From Pseudomonadota bacterium (lineage in GTDB: Bacteria; Pseudomonadota; Alphaproteobacteria; Caulobacterales; Hyphomonadaceae), in NCBI GenBank assembly GCA_038526245.1, contig JBCBGZ010000009.1:1874-65873 (forward strand): DNA of 64,000 bases. Direction: 5' to 3'. The notes under the pieces are model-generated. The model ran no database searches. It was not told the DNA's origin and saw nothing but the letters and a program-made list of their open reading frames with translations. The translations under genes and the position numbers were made by a program. The first letter of the stretch is position 1, and every line of letters begins with the position of its first letter. Positions 29,585-39,342 of the stretch are shown here, piece after piece.

Positions 29585-31777
29585 CTAGGGCTGGCCACCA
29601 GTCACCTCTGACGCATTTTGCGCATTATGGGCCTGGCGAAGCACATAAGCGCGAATGGCCTCGCTTTCCTCGTCGCTGAGCACGTCCGAGAACGCCACCA
29701 TTCCGTTCGACGCAAGGGTGCCTTCATTGACAACGGCTGCCCAGGTTTCCGCATCGGCTGTAATTGGCGACCAGCGCAGATCCGGCAGCACACCGGAACT
29801 GATGGCAAGTTGCCCATGGCAGACCGCGCAGTTGCGGGCGAAGTGGACCGTGCCGGCCTGGACCATTTCCGGGCTGCCGAAGTCATCAGCCTTGGGCGTG
29901 CGCTCAATCATCGGCACGTCCGCGTCGGCGATGAGTTGGTTACCGCCAAGTTTGAAGGTGACCACCTTGCCCACGCTCGGAGGCACCGCTGCATCATAGG
30001 CGAGCCCGGCAGCGAGGGCATAGGCAGAGCCCCAGCCAGTGGTGATGGTGACATACTGTTCGCCATCGATTTCGAAAGTACCCGGCCCCGAATTGCCACC
30101 GGACTTCAGGTCATAGGACCAGAGTTTTGCTCCAGAAGCTGCATTGTAGGCCGCAAACTCACCGCCCAGCGTGCCCTGAAACACCAGATTTCCTGCCGTC
30201 GACAAAACCCCGCCATTCCAAGCATTGGCATGCTCGACGACCCAGCGAGGCTCACGAGCCACGACATCCCACGCAATCAGGCGTCCTTTCAGCGTAGACC
30301 GCAGGGCCTGCATTGTGCCGGGCGGAAGGTCTGGCACCGTGCCAGCGGAGAAGTCTGTGCCAGTATTCCATTTCGTGCGCTGCTCGGTAAAGCGGGGATC
30401 TTCCGCATAGGCCGCCGGGATTTCCTGGGCCGGGATATATGCCAGGCCATGGTCAGGATTGAACGCCATGGGGTGCCAGTTGTGGGCGCCGAGGGGGCCG
30501 GGCGTCTGGAAGAATGCGGCGCTGCCATACCGCGCCTCGGGGTTTTCAAGCGGCCGGCCAGAGCTGTCGAGGCCCGTGGCCCAGTTCACCGGGACAAAAG
30601 CGTCGCCGGAGATGAACTCTCCCGTCGCAGCATCCACAACATAGAAAAACCCGTTCTTCGGGGCCTGCATCGCGACCCGGCGGATCGCGCCATCAGCGCC
30701 CAGCGGTAGGTCCGCCAGGATGATCGTCTGAGTGGCCGTGTAGTCCCAATTGTCGCCCGGCGTGGTCTGGAAGTGCCAGTTGTATTCGCCGGTATCCACG
30801 TCCACTGCCACTATGGAGGAAAGGAACAGATTGTCTCCGCCCGACGGATCGCGGAAGGCCTGGTTCCAGGGCGATCCGTTGCCAACGCCGAAGATGATCT
30901 GGTCGTTGACATGATCATAGACGATTGAGTCCCAGACCGTGCCGCCGCCGCCATCGCTGGTCCAGGCTCCCTCATCGCCCCAGGAGTCGCTGGCCATCTC
31001 GGCGAAAATAGCGTCAGAGGCGGCGTTGTCAGGCTGCTTGTTCGGGTTCGGCACCGTGTAGAAGCGCCAGACGCGTTTTCCGGTGGATGCGTCATAGGCC
31101 GACAGGTACCCGCGGACACCAAGCTCGGCGCCACCATTGCCAATCAGAACCTTGCCATCGACCACGCGTGGCGCGCCGGTGATCGTGTAGGGCTTGGACT
31201 GGTCGACCGTCACAGTGCTCCAGACCAATTCGCCGGTCTGGGCATCAAGCGCCTGCAAACGGCCATCGATGACGCCGACATAGACTTTGCCATCGTAGAC
31301 AGCGACGCCCCGGTTCACGACATCGCAGCAGGCTTTTACGCCTACGGCACGGTCAACGTCGGGCTCATGGACCCAAAGCTCTTCGCCCGTCGCCGCATCC
31401 AGCGCATGGACAACCGACCAGGCGGACGTGACATACATCACTCCGTCCACAACGATGGGCGTGCTTTCGACCCCGCGCGCTGTGCGCAGGTCATAGGTCC
31501 AGGCCACACCGAGCCGTTCCACCGTATCCGTGTTCACTTTCTGCAAAAGCGAATGGCGCGTTTCGTCGTAATTCCCGCCATAGGTCAGCCATTCGTCAGG
31601 CCGTTCGTTCGCCGCGAGGATACGCGCGGTATCCACCGCAGCGAAGCTGCCGTCGGCTGTCGTGGTTTCAGCAGGTGCTTCGGTTTCGGCCACGTCATTC
31701 GTTGGTTCAGGCGGGCCACACGCCACCAGTCCGCAGGCCAAAACGCTCGATATCAACAAGGATCGCCACTGCGCCAT
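29585..31777 (-). CDS. PQQ-dependent quinohemoprotein alcohol dehydrogenase (type II, C-terminal cytochrome c)
   Basis: Lipoprotein-like signal, eight-bladed PQQ propeller pattern (repeated W motifs, ...TGELVW...), C-terminal heme site CAVCHG. 730 aa. Confidence 0.85.
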   Translation of the reverse strand: MAQWRSLLISSVLACGLVACGPPEPTNDVAETEAPAETTTADGSFAAVDTARILAANERPDEWLTYGGNYDETRHSLLQKVNTDTVERLGVAWTYDLRTARGVESTPIVVDGVMYVTSAWSVVHALDAATGEELWVHEPDVDRAVGVKACCDVVNRGVAVYDGKVYVGVIDGRLQALDAQTGELVWSTVTVDQSKPYTITGAPRVVDGKVLIGNGGAELGVRGYLSAYDASTGKRVWRFYTVPNPNKQPDNAASDAIFAEMASDSWGDEGAWTSDGGGGTVWDSIVYDHVNDQIIFGVGNGSPWNQAFRDPSGGDNLFLSSIVAVDVDTGEYNWHFQTTPGDNWDYTATQTIILADLPLGADGAIRRVAMQAPKNGFFYVVDAATGEFISGDAFVPVNWATGLDSSGRPLENPEARYGSAAFFQTPGPLGAHNWHPMAFNPDHGLAYIPAQEIPAAYAEDPRFTEQRTKWNTGTDFSAGTVPDLPPGTMQALRSTLKGRLIAWDVVAREPRWVVEHANAWNGGVLSTAGNLVFQGTLGGEFAAYNAASGAKLWSYDLKSGGNSGPGTFEIDGEQYVTITTGWGSAYALAAGLAYDAAVPPSVGKVVTFKLGGNQLIADADVPMIERTPKADDFGSPEMVQAGTVHFARNCAVCHGQLAISSGVLPDLRWSPITADAETWAAVVNEGTLASNGMVAFSDVLSDEESEAIRAYVLRQAHNAQNASEVTGGQP

Positions 31778-31866
31778 ATCAAACTCCTCCCAGGGTTCGG
31801 CCTGTTGTCAGGCTCTTACGATAGAAGCTTACGGGAAACCGGCCCCGTGTCGAGGCAAACCCAGCG

Positions 31867-32745
31867 TTACCCCTGGGCTGCGGCGCGTAAATCTGCGCTC
31901 GCAGCATCCAGAGCGTGCGCGATTGCATCTTGCCACGCGGCATAGGTGTCTGCCGACTGCGCTGCGGCCGGAAAAGTGATCGAACGGGAGGCATTCACCA
32001 CCCCGCCCTCAAGCCCATCGGGACCTGGAACGAAGCCTGCCAACGCCGCCGCGGCGTCCGCGCCCTGGGCGCCATATCCCGGCACGAGAAACAACGCCGA
32101 TGGCGCAATATCCCGCAAGGCGCGCGCTTCTTCCGGCCCGGTTGCGCCGGCCACAAACATCAAAGAGGACCAAGCCCCCTGCCCCCGCAGACGCGTTATT
32201 GCTGGGCTAAGCGCATGGCCGACTTCGCTCCAGAGAGATCGCTCGCCTATCGCCTTTGCCTGGAAATCCGCCGAACCGGGGTTAGACGTGCGCACCAGCA
32301 CGGCCACACCTTTTCCGCTCGCTTCGGCAGCAGAAAGAAACGGTTCCAACGTGTCTAGGCCCATATACGGGTTTACGGTCACGCAATCGGCTGGAAACGG
32401 CGCATCTTCCGCTAAGTAAGCAGCGGCATAGCCCTCGGCAGTCGAGCCGATATCGCCGCGTTTGGCATCTGCCAAAACCAGCATGTCTTGAGCCTTTGCA
32501 CGCTCCATGACCGCCTGAAGCGCAGCCATACCCTCCGGGCCATGGCGCTCGAACAAGCCCACTTGGGGCTTCACGATGGCTACCTTGCCGGCGCACGCAT
32601 CTACGACCGCCATGCCCCATGCCGCGATGCCCTGGGGCGTGTCGCCACCAAACAGCGCCGGAATGCGCCCGGCATGTGGATCAATCCCAACGCACAACGG
32701 GCCGAACTCGCGTGTGCGGGCGATAAGCGTATCAGCGAAATTCAC
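31867..32745 (-). CDS. pyrF: orotidine 5'-phosphate decarboxylase (type 2)
   Basis: LCVGIDPH, VKPQVGLFE, LADAKRGDIGSTAEGYA. GTG 32745 has GAGG 7 nt upstream and a GTGA overlap with the protease stop. The ORF-track start at GTG 32760 is an alternative. Confidence 0.9.
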   Translation of the reverse strand: MNFADTLIARTREFGPLCVGIDPHAGRIPALFGGDTPQGIAAWGMAVVDACAGKVAIVKPQVGLFERHGPEGMAALQAVMERAKAQDMLVLADAKRGDIGSTAEGYAAAYLAEDAPFPADCVTVNPYMGLDTLEPFLSAAEASGKGVAVLVRTSNPGSADFQAKAIGERSLWSEVGHALSPAITRLRGQGAWSSLMFVAGATGPEEARALRDIAPSALFLVPGYGAQGADAAAALAGFVPGPDGLEGGVVNASRSITFPAAAQSADTYAAWQDAIAHALDAASADLRAAAQG

Positions 32746-33572
32746 GAAGAGACCTCGCACGCCACTTTCACAACTTGCAGGGAGTTGCGCGCAAGGTCTG
32801 CCTTTGCGCCATAGTCCGCTACGGTGATGGGCTCGAGACGGGCGGGAAGATTGGTCTCGACATCTACTTCATCGAGAAAACGGCGGATCGACTCCGGGTC
32901 GGCGGTGTAAATCCGCCCGCGCCGGGGGCTTTCCGCAACAATGACGCCGCGCACCCGGCCTTCAGCATCAAATACAGGTCCACCACTGAGGCCTCCCAGG
33001 CCACCATTCAGGCCGCGAGTCCGGCCCACCTCCGCCCAGGCCAGCACGGGCTCATCGGAGTGGCGCTCCCCCCGGCTCAACAGGCGCGAGCGGGCCAAGA
33101 GCCGAGAGGCGACCTCGCCCGGTCGACCATTGGGATACCCCACATGAAAACCGTACTCCCCCACACGGAGGTCTTCGCCCAGATCAAGGGCGGCCGCGCG
33201 TGGGCTACGCCCTGTAGACAAGAGCGCCAGGTCACTGGTGTCTGAAACCCGCACCTCAGCCACAGGAACGTATCGGCGCGGCGCAACGAGGATCGAGACG
33301 CGGTCACAACCTTCCACCACATGGCGGGCTGTCAGCCAGTCTCCATTTCGATTGATAGCAAAAGCGCTGCCGAGCCCGTTCTGCGGTTCATCCACCTGAA
33401 CCAGAACCCGCTCATCAAACACGGAGGCATTGGGCAACATGGGCCCGTCTTGCTCGAAATGGTCCGGCAAAGGTTCGGGCGCATCAGCGTTTTCCGTTCC
33501 CAATCCCGACAGCACCCAGAGAACGGTTCCCAGGACAAGGGCATAGAGAAGAATATCGAGCTGACGCACCAA
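32742..33572 (-). CDS. trypsin-like (S1C-like) serine protease, N-terminal membrane anchor
   Basis: GSAFAINRNGDWLTARHVVEGC (His), DLALL (Asp), GGLSGGPVFDAEGRVRGVIVA (Ser). TTG start with AAGGA upstream. Confidence 0.75.
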   Translation of the reverse strand: MVRQLDILLYALVLGTVLWVLSGLGTENADAPEPLPDHFEQDGPMLPNASVFDERVLVQVDEPQNGLGSAFAINRNGDWLTARHVVEGCDRVSILVAPRRYVPVAEVRVSDTSDLALLSTGRSPRAAALDLGEDLRVGEYGFHVGYPNGRPGEVASRLLARSRLLSRGERHSDEPVLAWAEVGRTRGLNGGLGGLSGGPVFDAEGRVRGVIVAESPRRGRIYTADPESIRRFLDEVDVETNLPARLEPITVADYGAKADLARNSLQVVKVACEVSS

Positions 33573-33593
33573 AACTATCCTTTTCTGCCGCCC

Positions 33594-34034
33594 CTACCTG
33601 GCAAACAGATTGGGATCCCAAAGCCCGGTTGCCAGTATCAGGGCCGAGGCAATCTTTGTTCCGATAAGAACGATTGCCGCGCCTGCCTGATCTTCTTCGA
33701 TCCGTCGCGGCAAATCCCGCAGCAGCAGATCTGTCACTCGGTAGGCGAGAAGCTGGAACAAGATTGCCACCGTACCCCAGATTAAAAACCCCTGCCATGT
33801 CAGCGCATTGGCAAGACAAGCAGAGATGGGAATGGCCAATCCAATGACCGCGCCGGCCAGCGCGAGGCCCGCGGCGCCATTCTGATCTTTCACCAGGGCG
33901 AGCTCCCGCCACGGCGTCAGCTTGATGTAGATCGTGGTGGCCACGATCAGCATGCCAAACGCCATGCCGGTATGGATAAGAAAGTCGGGCAGGCCTGCCT
34001 GGAATGCCTCCAATGCTGCGAAGACGTCGTCCAT
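33594..34034 (-). CDS. DUF350 domain membrane protein
   Basis: FLIHTGMAFGMLIVATTIYIKLTPWRELALVKDQNGAAGLALAGAVIGLAIPI, which is a typical DUF350 repeat. ATG 34034 has AGGAG upstream. Confidence 0.7.
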   Translation of the reverse strand: MDDVFAALEAFQAGLPDFLIHTGMAFGMLIVATTIYIKLTPWRELALVKDQNGAAGLALAGAVIGLAIPISACLANALTWQGFLIWGTVAILFQLLAYRVTDLLLRDLPRRIEEDQAGAAIVLIGTKIASALILATGLWDPNLFAR

Positions 34035-34142
34035 GCTCGCTCCTGTGATTGTTCGCCCGGCGCAAAGTGCTAGGGAAGGGCTCTGCACCGCCACACCCTG
34101 CCCTTATACGGGCGTTCACCTGCGCCTCAAGGAGATCAAAAC

Positions 34143-34925
34143 ATGCTCACTGGAAAAACTGCCCTCGTAACAGGCTCAACCAGCGGCATCGGTAAGGCCA
34201 TCGCGACGCGATTTGCTTCAGATGGCGCCAATGTGGTGCTAAACGGGTTTGGAGATGCCGATGAAATCGAAGCTCTGCGTTCGAGCCTTGCAGAAAAACA
34301 CGGGGTAAAGGTCGGCTACTCCGGCGCAGACCTGACGGACCCGGACGCCATTAAGGGTCTGATGGGCTATGTCGCGCGCGATTTTGGCGGCGCCGACATC
34401 GTCGTGAACAATGCGGGGGTTCAGCATGTTGCGCCCGTGGAGGAATTTCCCGTCGCCCGCTGGGATCTTATCATTGCGCTGAACCTGACGGCGGCCTTCC
34501 ACACCACGCGGATGGCCGTTCCGGGCATGAAGGAGAAAGGCTGGGGCCGCATTATCAACACTGCCAGCGCCCACGCCCTGGTCGCCTCACCCTTCAAATC
34601 GGCCTACGTCGCCGCAAAGCACGGCATTGCAGGGTTTACCAAGACCATCGCCCTTGAAGGCGCCCAATTCGGTGTGCGCTGCAACGCCATTTGCCCTGGA
34701 TATGTCTACACGCCGCTCGTCGAAGGCCAGATCGCCGACACCGCCAAGGCGCGCGGTATGACTGAAGAGCAGGTGAAAAGTGACGTACTCCTCGCCGCCC
34801 AGCCCACGAAGGAATTCGTGACGCCAGAACAGGTCGGCGAGTTTGCCAGCTTCCTGTGTTCCGACGCCGCCAGCCAGATCAATGGGGCGATGCTGCAGAT
34901 GGATGGCGGCTGGGTCGCGCAGTAA
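34143..34925 (+). CDS. bdhA: D-beta-hydroxybutyrate dehydrogenase (SDR)
   Basis: MLTGKTALVTGSTSGIGKAIA...NNAGVQHVAPVEEFP...SAYVAAKHG. The N-terminus and length (260 aa) match BdhA. Confidence 0.85.
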   Translation: MLTGKTALVTGSTSGIGKAIATRFASDGANVVLNGFGDADEIEALRSSLAEKHGVKVGYSGADLTDPDAIKGLMGYVARDFGGADIVVNNAGVQHVAPVEEFPVARWDLIIALNLTAAFHTTRMAVPGMKEKGWGRIINTASAHALVASPFKSAYVAAKHGIAGFTKTIALEGAQFGVRCNAICPGYVYTPLVEGQIADTAKARGMTEEQVKSDVLLAAQPTKEFVTPEQVGEFASFLCSDAASQINGAMLQMDGGWVAQ

Positions 34926-34933
34926 TCGGGGCG

Positions 34934-35245
34934 CTAGAACCGTTCCGGACGCATCACATCCACATTGCTGACGCTCACCACACCAATGTGGGAACCGAGA
35001 ATATTGGCGATCTGATCCAATGCGGCGTCGACCTTGTCGTCGTCCCCAATGGATATGACGACCACCATATCGGACGCCGCCGATATGTCTGTGTCTCGAC
35101 TCCAGCGATTGCCGCCGCCAAATCCTGCCATTGACGGGAGTACGGTGTATCCCGTCATCCCGGCCTGTTCGAGCACGCGACAGGCGCGTTTATAGGCCAT
35201 CCGCTCAATGATCAGCTCGATACGACGCTTGCGGTGCAACTCCAT
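34934..35245 (-). CDS. sbtB: PII-like signalling protein, SbtB type
   Basis: 103 aa, RIELIIERMAYKRACRVLEQAGMTGYTVLPSMAGFGGGNRW (PII fold with T-loop). It lies directly downstream of the SbtA-family permease. Confidence 0.7.
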   Translation of the reverse strand: MELHRKRRIELIIERMAYKRACRVLEQAGMTGYTVLPSMAGFGGGNRWSRDTDISAASDMVVVISIGDDDKVDAALDQIANILGSHIGVVSVSNVDVMRPERF

Positions 35246-35257
35246 GGCAAAGTCTCC

Positions 35258-36244
35258 CTATCCTGAGAGGCTGGCGGCCTGCTGGGCCAGAAAAATGTAG
35301 ATCGGAATGCCGACGGTCACATTGAACGGGAAAGTCACGCCAAGGGAAAGCGTCAGGTAGACCGAGGGCTTGGCCTCCGGCAGGGCCAGGCGCATTGCCG
35401 CCGGAACGGCGATGTAGGAGGCGGACGCTGCCAGAGTGATCAGGAGTGCGGCATCCCCAACCGGTAGGCCGAGGACGGCGCAAACCCCGGCCGTGATCAC
35501 GGCTGATATGAGCGGCATATAGAGGCCGAAAACGAAGGTGGACACCGTCATCTGGCGCCAGCCCTGGCGCAGACCCCGCCCTGCATTCAAGCCCATATCC
35601 AGCAGGAACAGGCACAGCACGCCCTGGAACAGGCCCGTAAAGAATGGCTGTACATTGGCCGTGCCATCCTCGCCCGCGATCCAGCCAATGATCAGCGCGC
35701 CCACGAGGACGACGACTGACGCATTCAGCAAAACCTCACGCACCAGTTCGCCGCGCTCCGACCCGGCAATATCCCCGCGCGCCTTCTGTCCCTGGTGGGC
35801 CAGGATCAGTGCGGTGATAATGGCCGGCGTTTCCATGAGGGCCGCCGTGGCAACAAGGTGTCCGCCCGGCTCAAATCCGGACAGGCGAACCGCTTCGGTG
35901 GCGGCGACAAAGGTGACGATGGAGATAGATCCGTAGTGGGCAGCCGTTGCGGCGGCATCCGTCCGGCTCAATCGCGTGGTGAATTTCAACAGGACAAAGG
36001 CCAGTGCCGGAATGGCAAACGACAAGACAATCCCAGCTGCCAGCACCAGAATTACCTCTGTCGTGAGCGGGTTTTTTGACATCTCCACCCCGCCCTTCAG
36101 GCCGATGGCCATCATGAGATAGATGGACAGACCCTTGGAAAAGGCTTCCGGGACCGACATTTGCGAGCGCAACAGCGCCGCGCCCATGCCCAGCATGAAA
36201 AACAGAATAATTGGCGAGAGGAGAGTAGAAAGGGCGGTGTCCAT
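35258..36244 (-). CDS. sbtA: sodium-dependent bicarbonate transport family permease (SbtA family)
   Basis: LLSPIILFFMLGMGAALLRSQMSVPEAFSKGLSIYLMMAIGLKGG is the conserved SbtA N-terminus. About 10 TM. ATG 36244 has GGGAG upstream. Confidence 0.8.
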   Translation of the reverse strand: MDTALSTLLSPIILFFMLGMGAALLRSQMSVPEAFSKGLSIYLMMAIGLKGGVEMSKNPLTTEVILVLAAGIVLSFAIPALAFVLLKFTTRLSRTDAAATAAHYGSISIVTFVAATEAVRLSGFEPGGHLVATAALMETPAIITALILAHQGQKARGDIAGSERGELVREVLLNASVVVLVGALIIGWIAGEDGTANVQPFFTGLFQGVLCLFLLDMGLNAGRGLRQGWRQMTVSTFVFGLYMPLISAVITAGVCAVLGLPVGDAALLITLAASASYIAVPAAMRLALPEAKPSVYLTLSLGVTFPFNVTVGIPIYIFLAQQAASLSG

Positions 36245-36581
36245 CGGCTGGCTCCCGTGACCGTCGGTGTCCGCCGGATTGCTCAAGTCCGGGCAATTCC
36301 GAGCCAAATAGGGCGCATTGCGGAAAAGATAAACCACAGCCGGTTCGAATTCTCCGACGAACACGCCCAGCGCGAAGAGGTCTTTGAGGTTCGTATCGAG
36401 CGACGAACCACTCCGCTCAGGCGGGCGTTTTGCAGTCTTCAGTGCAATTCCCGGTACAACGTGCCCAATCGGGACTTGAACGGGGCGTCAAAAACGCGGA
36501 TGAACGGAACGTACCGTTTTTCGGAGAAATCGCTAGCTGCCCAATGCCTTGGCGAGGGTGCTAGCTGAAAGAAGGACCGCC

Positions 36582-37166
36582 ATGGCAGGCAGCACTCGCA
36601 AACAAGGCCCAAAACGCAGCGAAGACTCCCGTGCTGCGATCCTGGCGGCTACGCGGGAGGAACTGGCGGAAAATGGTTGGCGCAAATTCAGCGTCGACGG
36701 CGTTGCCAAACGGGCGCGGGCTTCCAAACAGACCATTTATCGCTGGTGGCCCTCTGTGGGTGCCATGTGTGTGGACGCCGGCCTCGAACTGCTGCCCGCC
36801 CAGGGCCGTTTGGGCCGCGATCCTGCCGAGCGGGTGACAGATATCTTTCTGCCGCTGGAAATTGCAGCACGCGCTGGAACGGGCCACGCTGTTCTGCGCG
36901 CAAGCTTGATAGCCGCAGCCGATGATGCGGACGCGGGAGAGTATTGGCGAGCCTGGCTCCAGGACAATCTGCGCACGCCCTTGAGGAATGTGCTCGCAGA
37001 GCTGACTGCAAAACGCATCATTCGGCGCGACTGGGAAATTGATATCGCCATGCAGCTTATGCTTGGCGCATTCTGGCATCGGCTTGTGCTCATGCGCGCC
37101 CCCATCAGCGATGGGCACATGGCCTCACAAGCAGGCCTTTTGCTGAAACTGTTCGAAGAGACCTAA
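36582..37166 (+). CDS. TetR family transcriptional regulator
   Basis: SRAAILAATREELAENGWRKFSVDGVAKRARASKQTIYRWWPS (TetR HTH). Start at ATG 36582. Confidence 0.85.
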   Translation: MAGSTRKQGPKRSEDSRAAILAATREELAENGWRKFSVDGVAKRARASKQTIYRWWPSVGAMCVDAGLELLPAQGRLGRDPAERVTDIFLPLEIAARAGTGHAVLRASLIAAADDADAGEYWRAWLQDNLRTPLRNVLAELTAKRIIRRDWEIDIAMQLMLGAFWHRLVLMRAPISDGHMASQAGLLLKLFEET

Positions 37167-37188
37167 GAGCAACGCCCCGACTCTTCGA

Positions 37189-38022
37189 TTACCCCGGCGC
37201 GTTCGCTGCGGGGAAAACGCCGAGAATTTTCAGGCTGGCCGAGAAGAACCCCAATTCCTCAAGTGCCAATTGCACGGGTCGCTCATCGGGATGGCCCTCA
37301 ATCTCTGCGTAGAATTGCGACGCCTGAAATGCCCCATCGATCTGGTAGCTTTCAAGCTTGGTCATGTTCACACCGTTCGTCGCGAACCCGCCTAACGTCT
37401 TGTAAAGCGCGGCCGGAATGTTGCGGACCTGAAACAGGAAAGCCGTCTTGATGGGGCCACCGCCCGACTCCAGTTCCTGCGGCTCGGCCGACATGATGAC
37501 GAATCGGGTCGTGTTGTGGCGCGCATCTTCGATATCTTCGGCGAGTATCTCCAAACCGTAGACATCCGCGGCAAGTCGGGGGGCAATGGCTCCAATGGCT
37601 GGATCGCCCGCCTCGGCCACTTCGCGGGCCGCGCCGGCCGTATCGGCGGATGTAACGGCATCGATCCCATGTTGCTTCAGGAACTTACGACATTGCCCCA
37701 ACGCCATGATGTGGGACCGCGCTTTCGTGATCTCCGCCAGCTTGGTTCCGGGCAAGGCCATGAGTTGGAACCGAATGGGTAGATAGTGCTCGCCCACGAT
37801 GTGCAGATTTGTGCCGGGCAGAAGATAGTGGATATCGCCCACGCGCCCCGCAATCGTGTTTTCCACAGGGATCATCGCCAGCTTGGCCGACCCGCTCTCT
37901 ACAGCTGCGAGCGTGTCTTCGAAGGTACGGCATGGCAGTGGCGTCAGGTCTGGAAAGGCTTCATTGCAAGCGATGTGGGAATTGGCACCGGGCTCGCCCT
38001 GATAGGCAATGGATACTGTCAT
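37189..38022 (-). CDS. pheA: prephenate dehydratase
   Basis: IAYQGEPGANSH, NTTRFVIM, and a C-terminal ACT domain (GVNMTKLESYQ). Confidence 0.9.
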   Translation of the reverse strand: MTVSIAYQGEPGANSHIACNEAFPDLTPLPCRTFEDTLAAVESGSAKLAMIPVENTIAGRVGDIHYLLPGTNLHIVGEHYLPIRFQLMALPGTKLAEITKARSHIMALGQCRKFLKQHGIDAVTSADTAGAAREVAEAGDPAIGAIAPRLAADVYGLEILAEDIEDARHNTTRFVIMSAEPQELESGGGPIKTAFLFQVRNIPAALYKTLGGFATNGVNMTKLESYQIDGAFQASQFYAEIEGHPDERPVQLALEELGFFSASLKILGVFPAANAPG

Positions 38023-38121
38023 CTGAGTCCTTCGTCGCAGTGCGTCACCGCGTCAGTTGTGGAGGCCCCTCTAGCGTGCCACCTAGCGGAAACCAAGACC
38101 ACACTCATCTGGATACGTATT

Positions 38122-38841
38122 ATGGGCGGTATGAGCTTAAACACCATTTTTGGATGCCTCCTGGCGGTCCTTCTTGTGATCCTCGGGCTCCACAACCTTT
38201 CACATTCTCTGTTTGCCCCGGAGAAAGGTCACCATGACGACCATCACGGCGAAGAACTCTCGCTGAACGAGAAGATCGCCTCGAGCTACGCTTACTATGT
38301 CGAGATCGCAGATGCTGGCGGCACCGACTCGGGCGAACCCGAACCGGTGTTCGACCTGGGGCTGGCCCTTGCCAACGCGGATCCCGCGCGCGGCGAAAGC
38401 AGCTTCAAACAGAAGTGCCAGTCCTGTCACTCCATCGAGCAAGGCGGCGGCAATGGCATCGGCCCTGCCCTCTGGAACACGGTGGGCGCTGCAAAAGCAG
38501 CCCAGGACGGGTTCCGTTATTCCGGCGCCCTGTCCGGCATGGGCGGTGAGTGGACGTACGAAAACCTCAACGACTGGCTGAAGAATCCGTCGGGCTATGT
38601 CAGCGGCACATCCATGGCTTTTGCGGGCCTGAACCGCGACAGCGAACGCGCAAACGTAATCGCCTACCTGTCAACCCAAACAGCCAGCCCCATTCCATTC
38701 CCAGCTGCGATGGACGCAGCTGTTGAGCCCGCTACCGCAGAGGTTGAGGCTCCTGCAGATGCCGCTGAACTCCAGGAAGTGATCGATACCCCAGTGGAAG
38801 AGGTCGTCGAAGAAATCATCGACGACACGATCGGCGAATAA
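38122..38841 (+). CDS. cycM: membrane-anchored cytochrome c (CycM-like)
   Basis: N-terminal TM (LNTIFGCLLAVLLVILGL), heme site CQSCHSIE, distal Met in TSMAFAGL. Start at in-frame ATG 38122, because the rest of ORF 37786.. overlaps pheA. Confidence 0.75.
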   Translation: MGGMSLNTIFGCLLAVLLVILGLHNLSHSLFAPEKGHHDDHHGEELSLNEKIASSYAYYVEIADAGGTDSGEPEPVFDLGLALANADPARGESSFKQKCQSCHSIEQGGGNGIGPALWNTVGAAKAAQDGFRYSGALSGMGGEWTYENLNDWLKNPSGYVSGTSMAFAGLNRDSERANVIAYLSTQTASPIPFPAAMDAAVEPATAEVEAPADAAELQEVIDTPVEEVVEEIIDDTIGE

Positions 38842-38867
38842 GTAAGACTTGAATCCGAATGCGAGAA

Positions 38868-38903
38868 CGGCGCCGGATGCTCCTGGCGCCGTTTTTCTTT
38901 TGT
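38868..38903 (+). terminator. rho-independent terminator of the cytochrome c gene
   Basis: ACGGCGCC-10 nt-GGCGCCGT followed by TTTTTCTTTT. Confidence 0.8.
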
Positions 38904-38907
38904 GAGA

Positions 38908-39276
38908 TCAGGCGGCTTTGGAGACCTTGGCCGGTTTCTTACCGGTCGTGGCGCCTTTGACGATTGGCCTTGCCATGGCGCGCAGAAAAGTGGTGCCGGC
39001 CTGGGTTCGCACGATGAAGACCGAGCGCAAGTCTCGCTCGTCGGTTTGCCGCCGCACCAGGCCGAGCGACTCCAACTTGTCTACAGCGCGGGTGATAACG
39101 GGCTTTGAAAGCTCCAATTCTGCGGCAAGCCCCCGAACGGTATGGGGTCCGCGCTCCAGCGCCACCACCATCAGGATCGCGCTTTGGCGCGCGGTCAGGT
39201 CAGGTGCATCGCCCGAGACACTGGCCGTAAAAGCAGATTTGAGGAACTCCAGCGCTTCACGTTCGTTGATGGACAT
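38908..39276 (-). CDS. MarR family transcriptional regulator
   Basis: LTARQSAILMVVALERGPHTVRGLAAELELSKPVITRAVDKLESLGLVRRQTDERDLRSV (MarR wHTH). Confidence 0.8.
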   Translation of the reverse strand: MSINEREALEFLKSAFTASVSGDAPDLTARQSAILMVVALERGPHTVRGLAAELELSKPVITRAVDKLESLGLVRRQTDERDLRSVFIVRTQAGTTFLRAMARPIVKGATTGKKPAKVSKAA

Positions 39277-39342
39277 GTCCGCTCCCTCCCGACATGGAAA
39301 GAAGCGTTCCGTGATTTGGTGATTCTCGCAAGACGCGAGTGG

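Noticed and set aside
36161-36568. 135-aa ORF in the sbtA-tetR spacer
   Set aside because: It overlaps the sbtA 5' end in antisense, has no SD and has a poor composition. The spacer is better explained as a regulatory leader.
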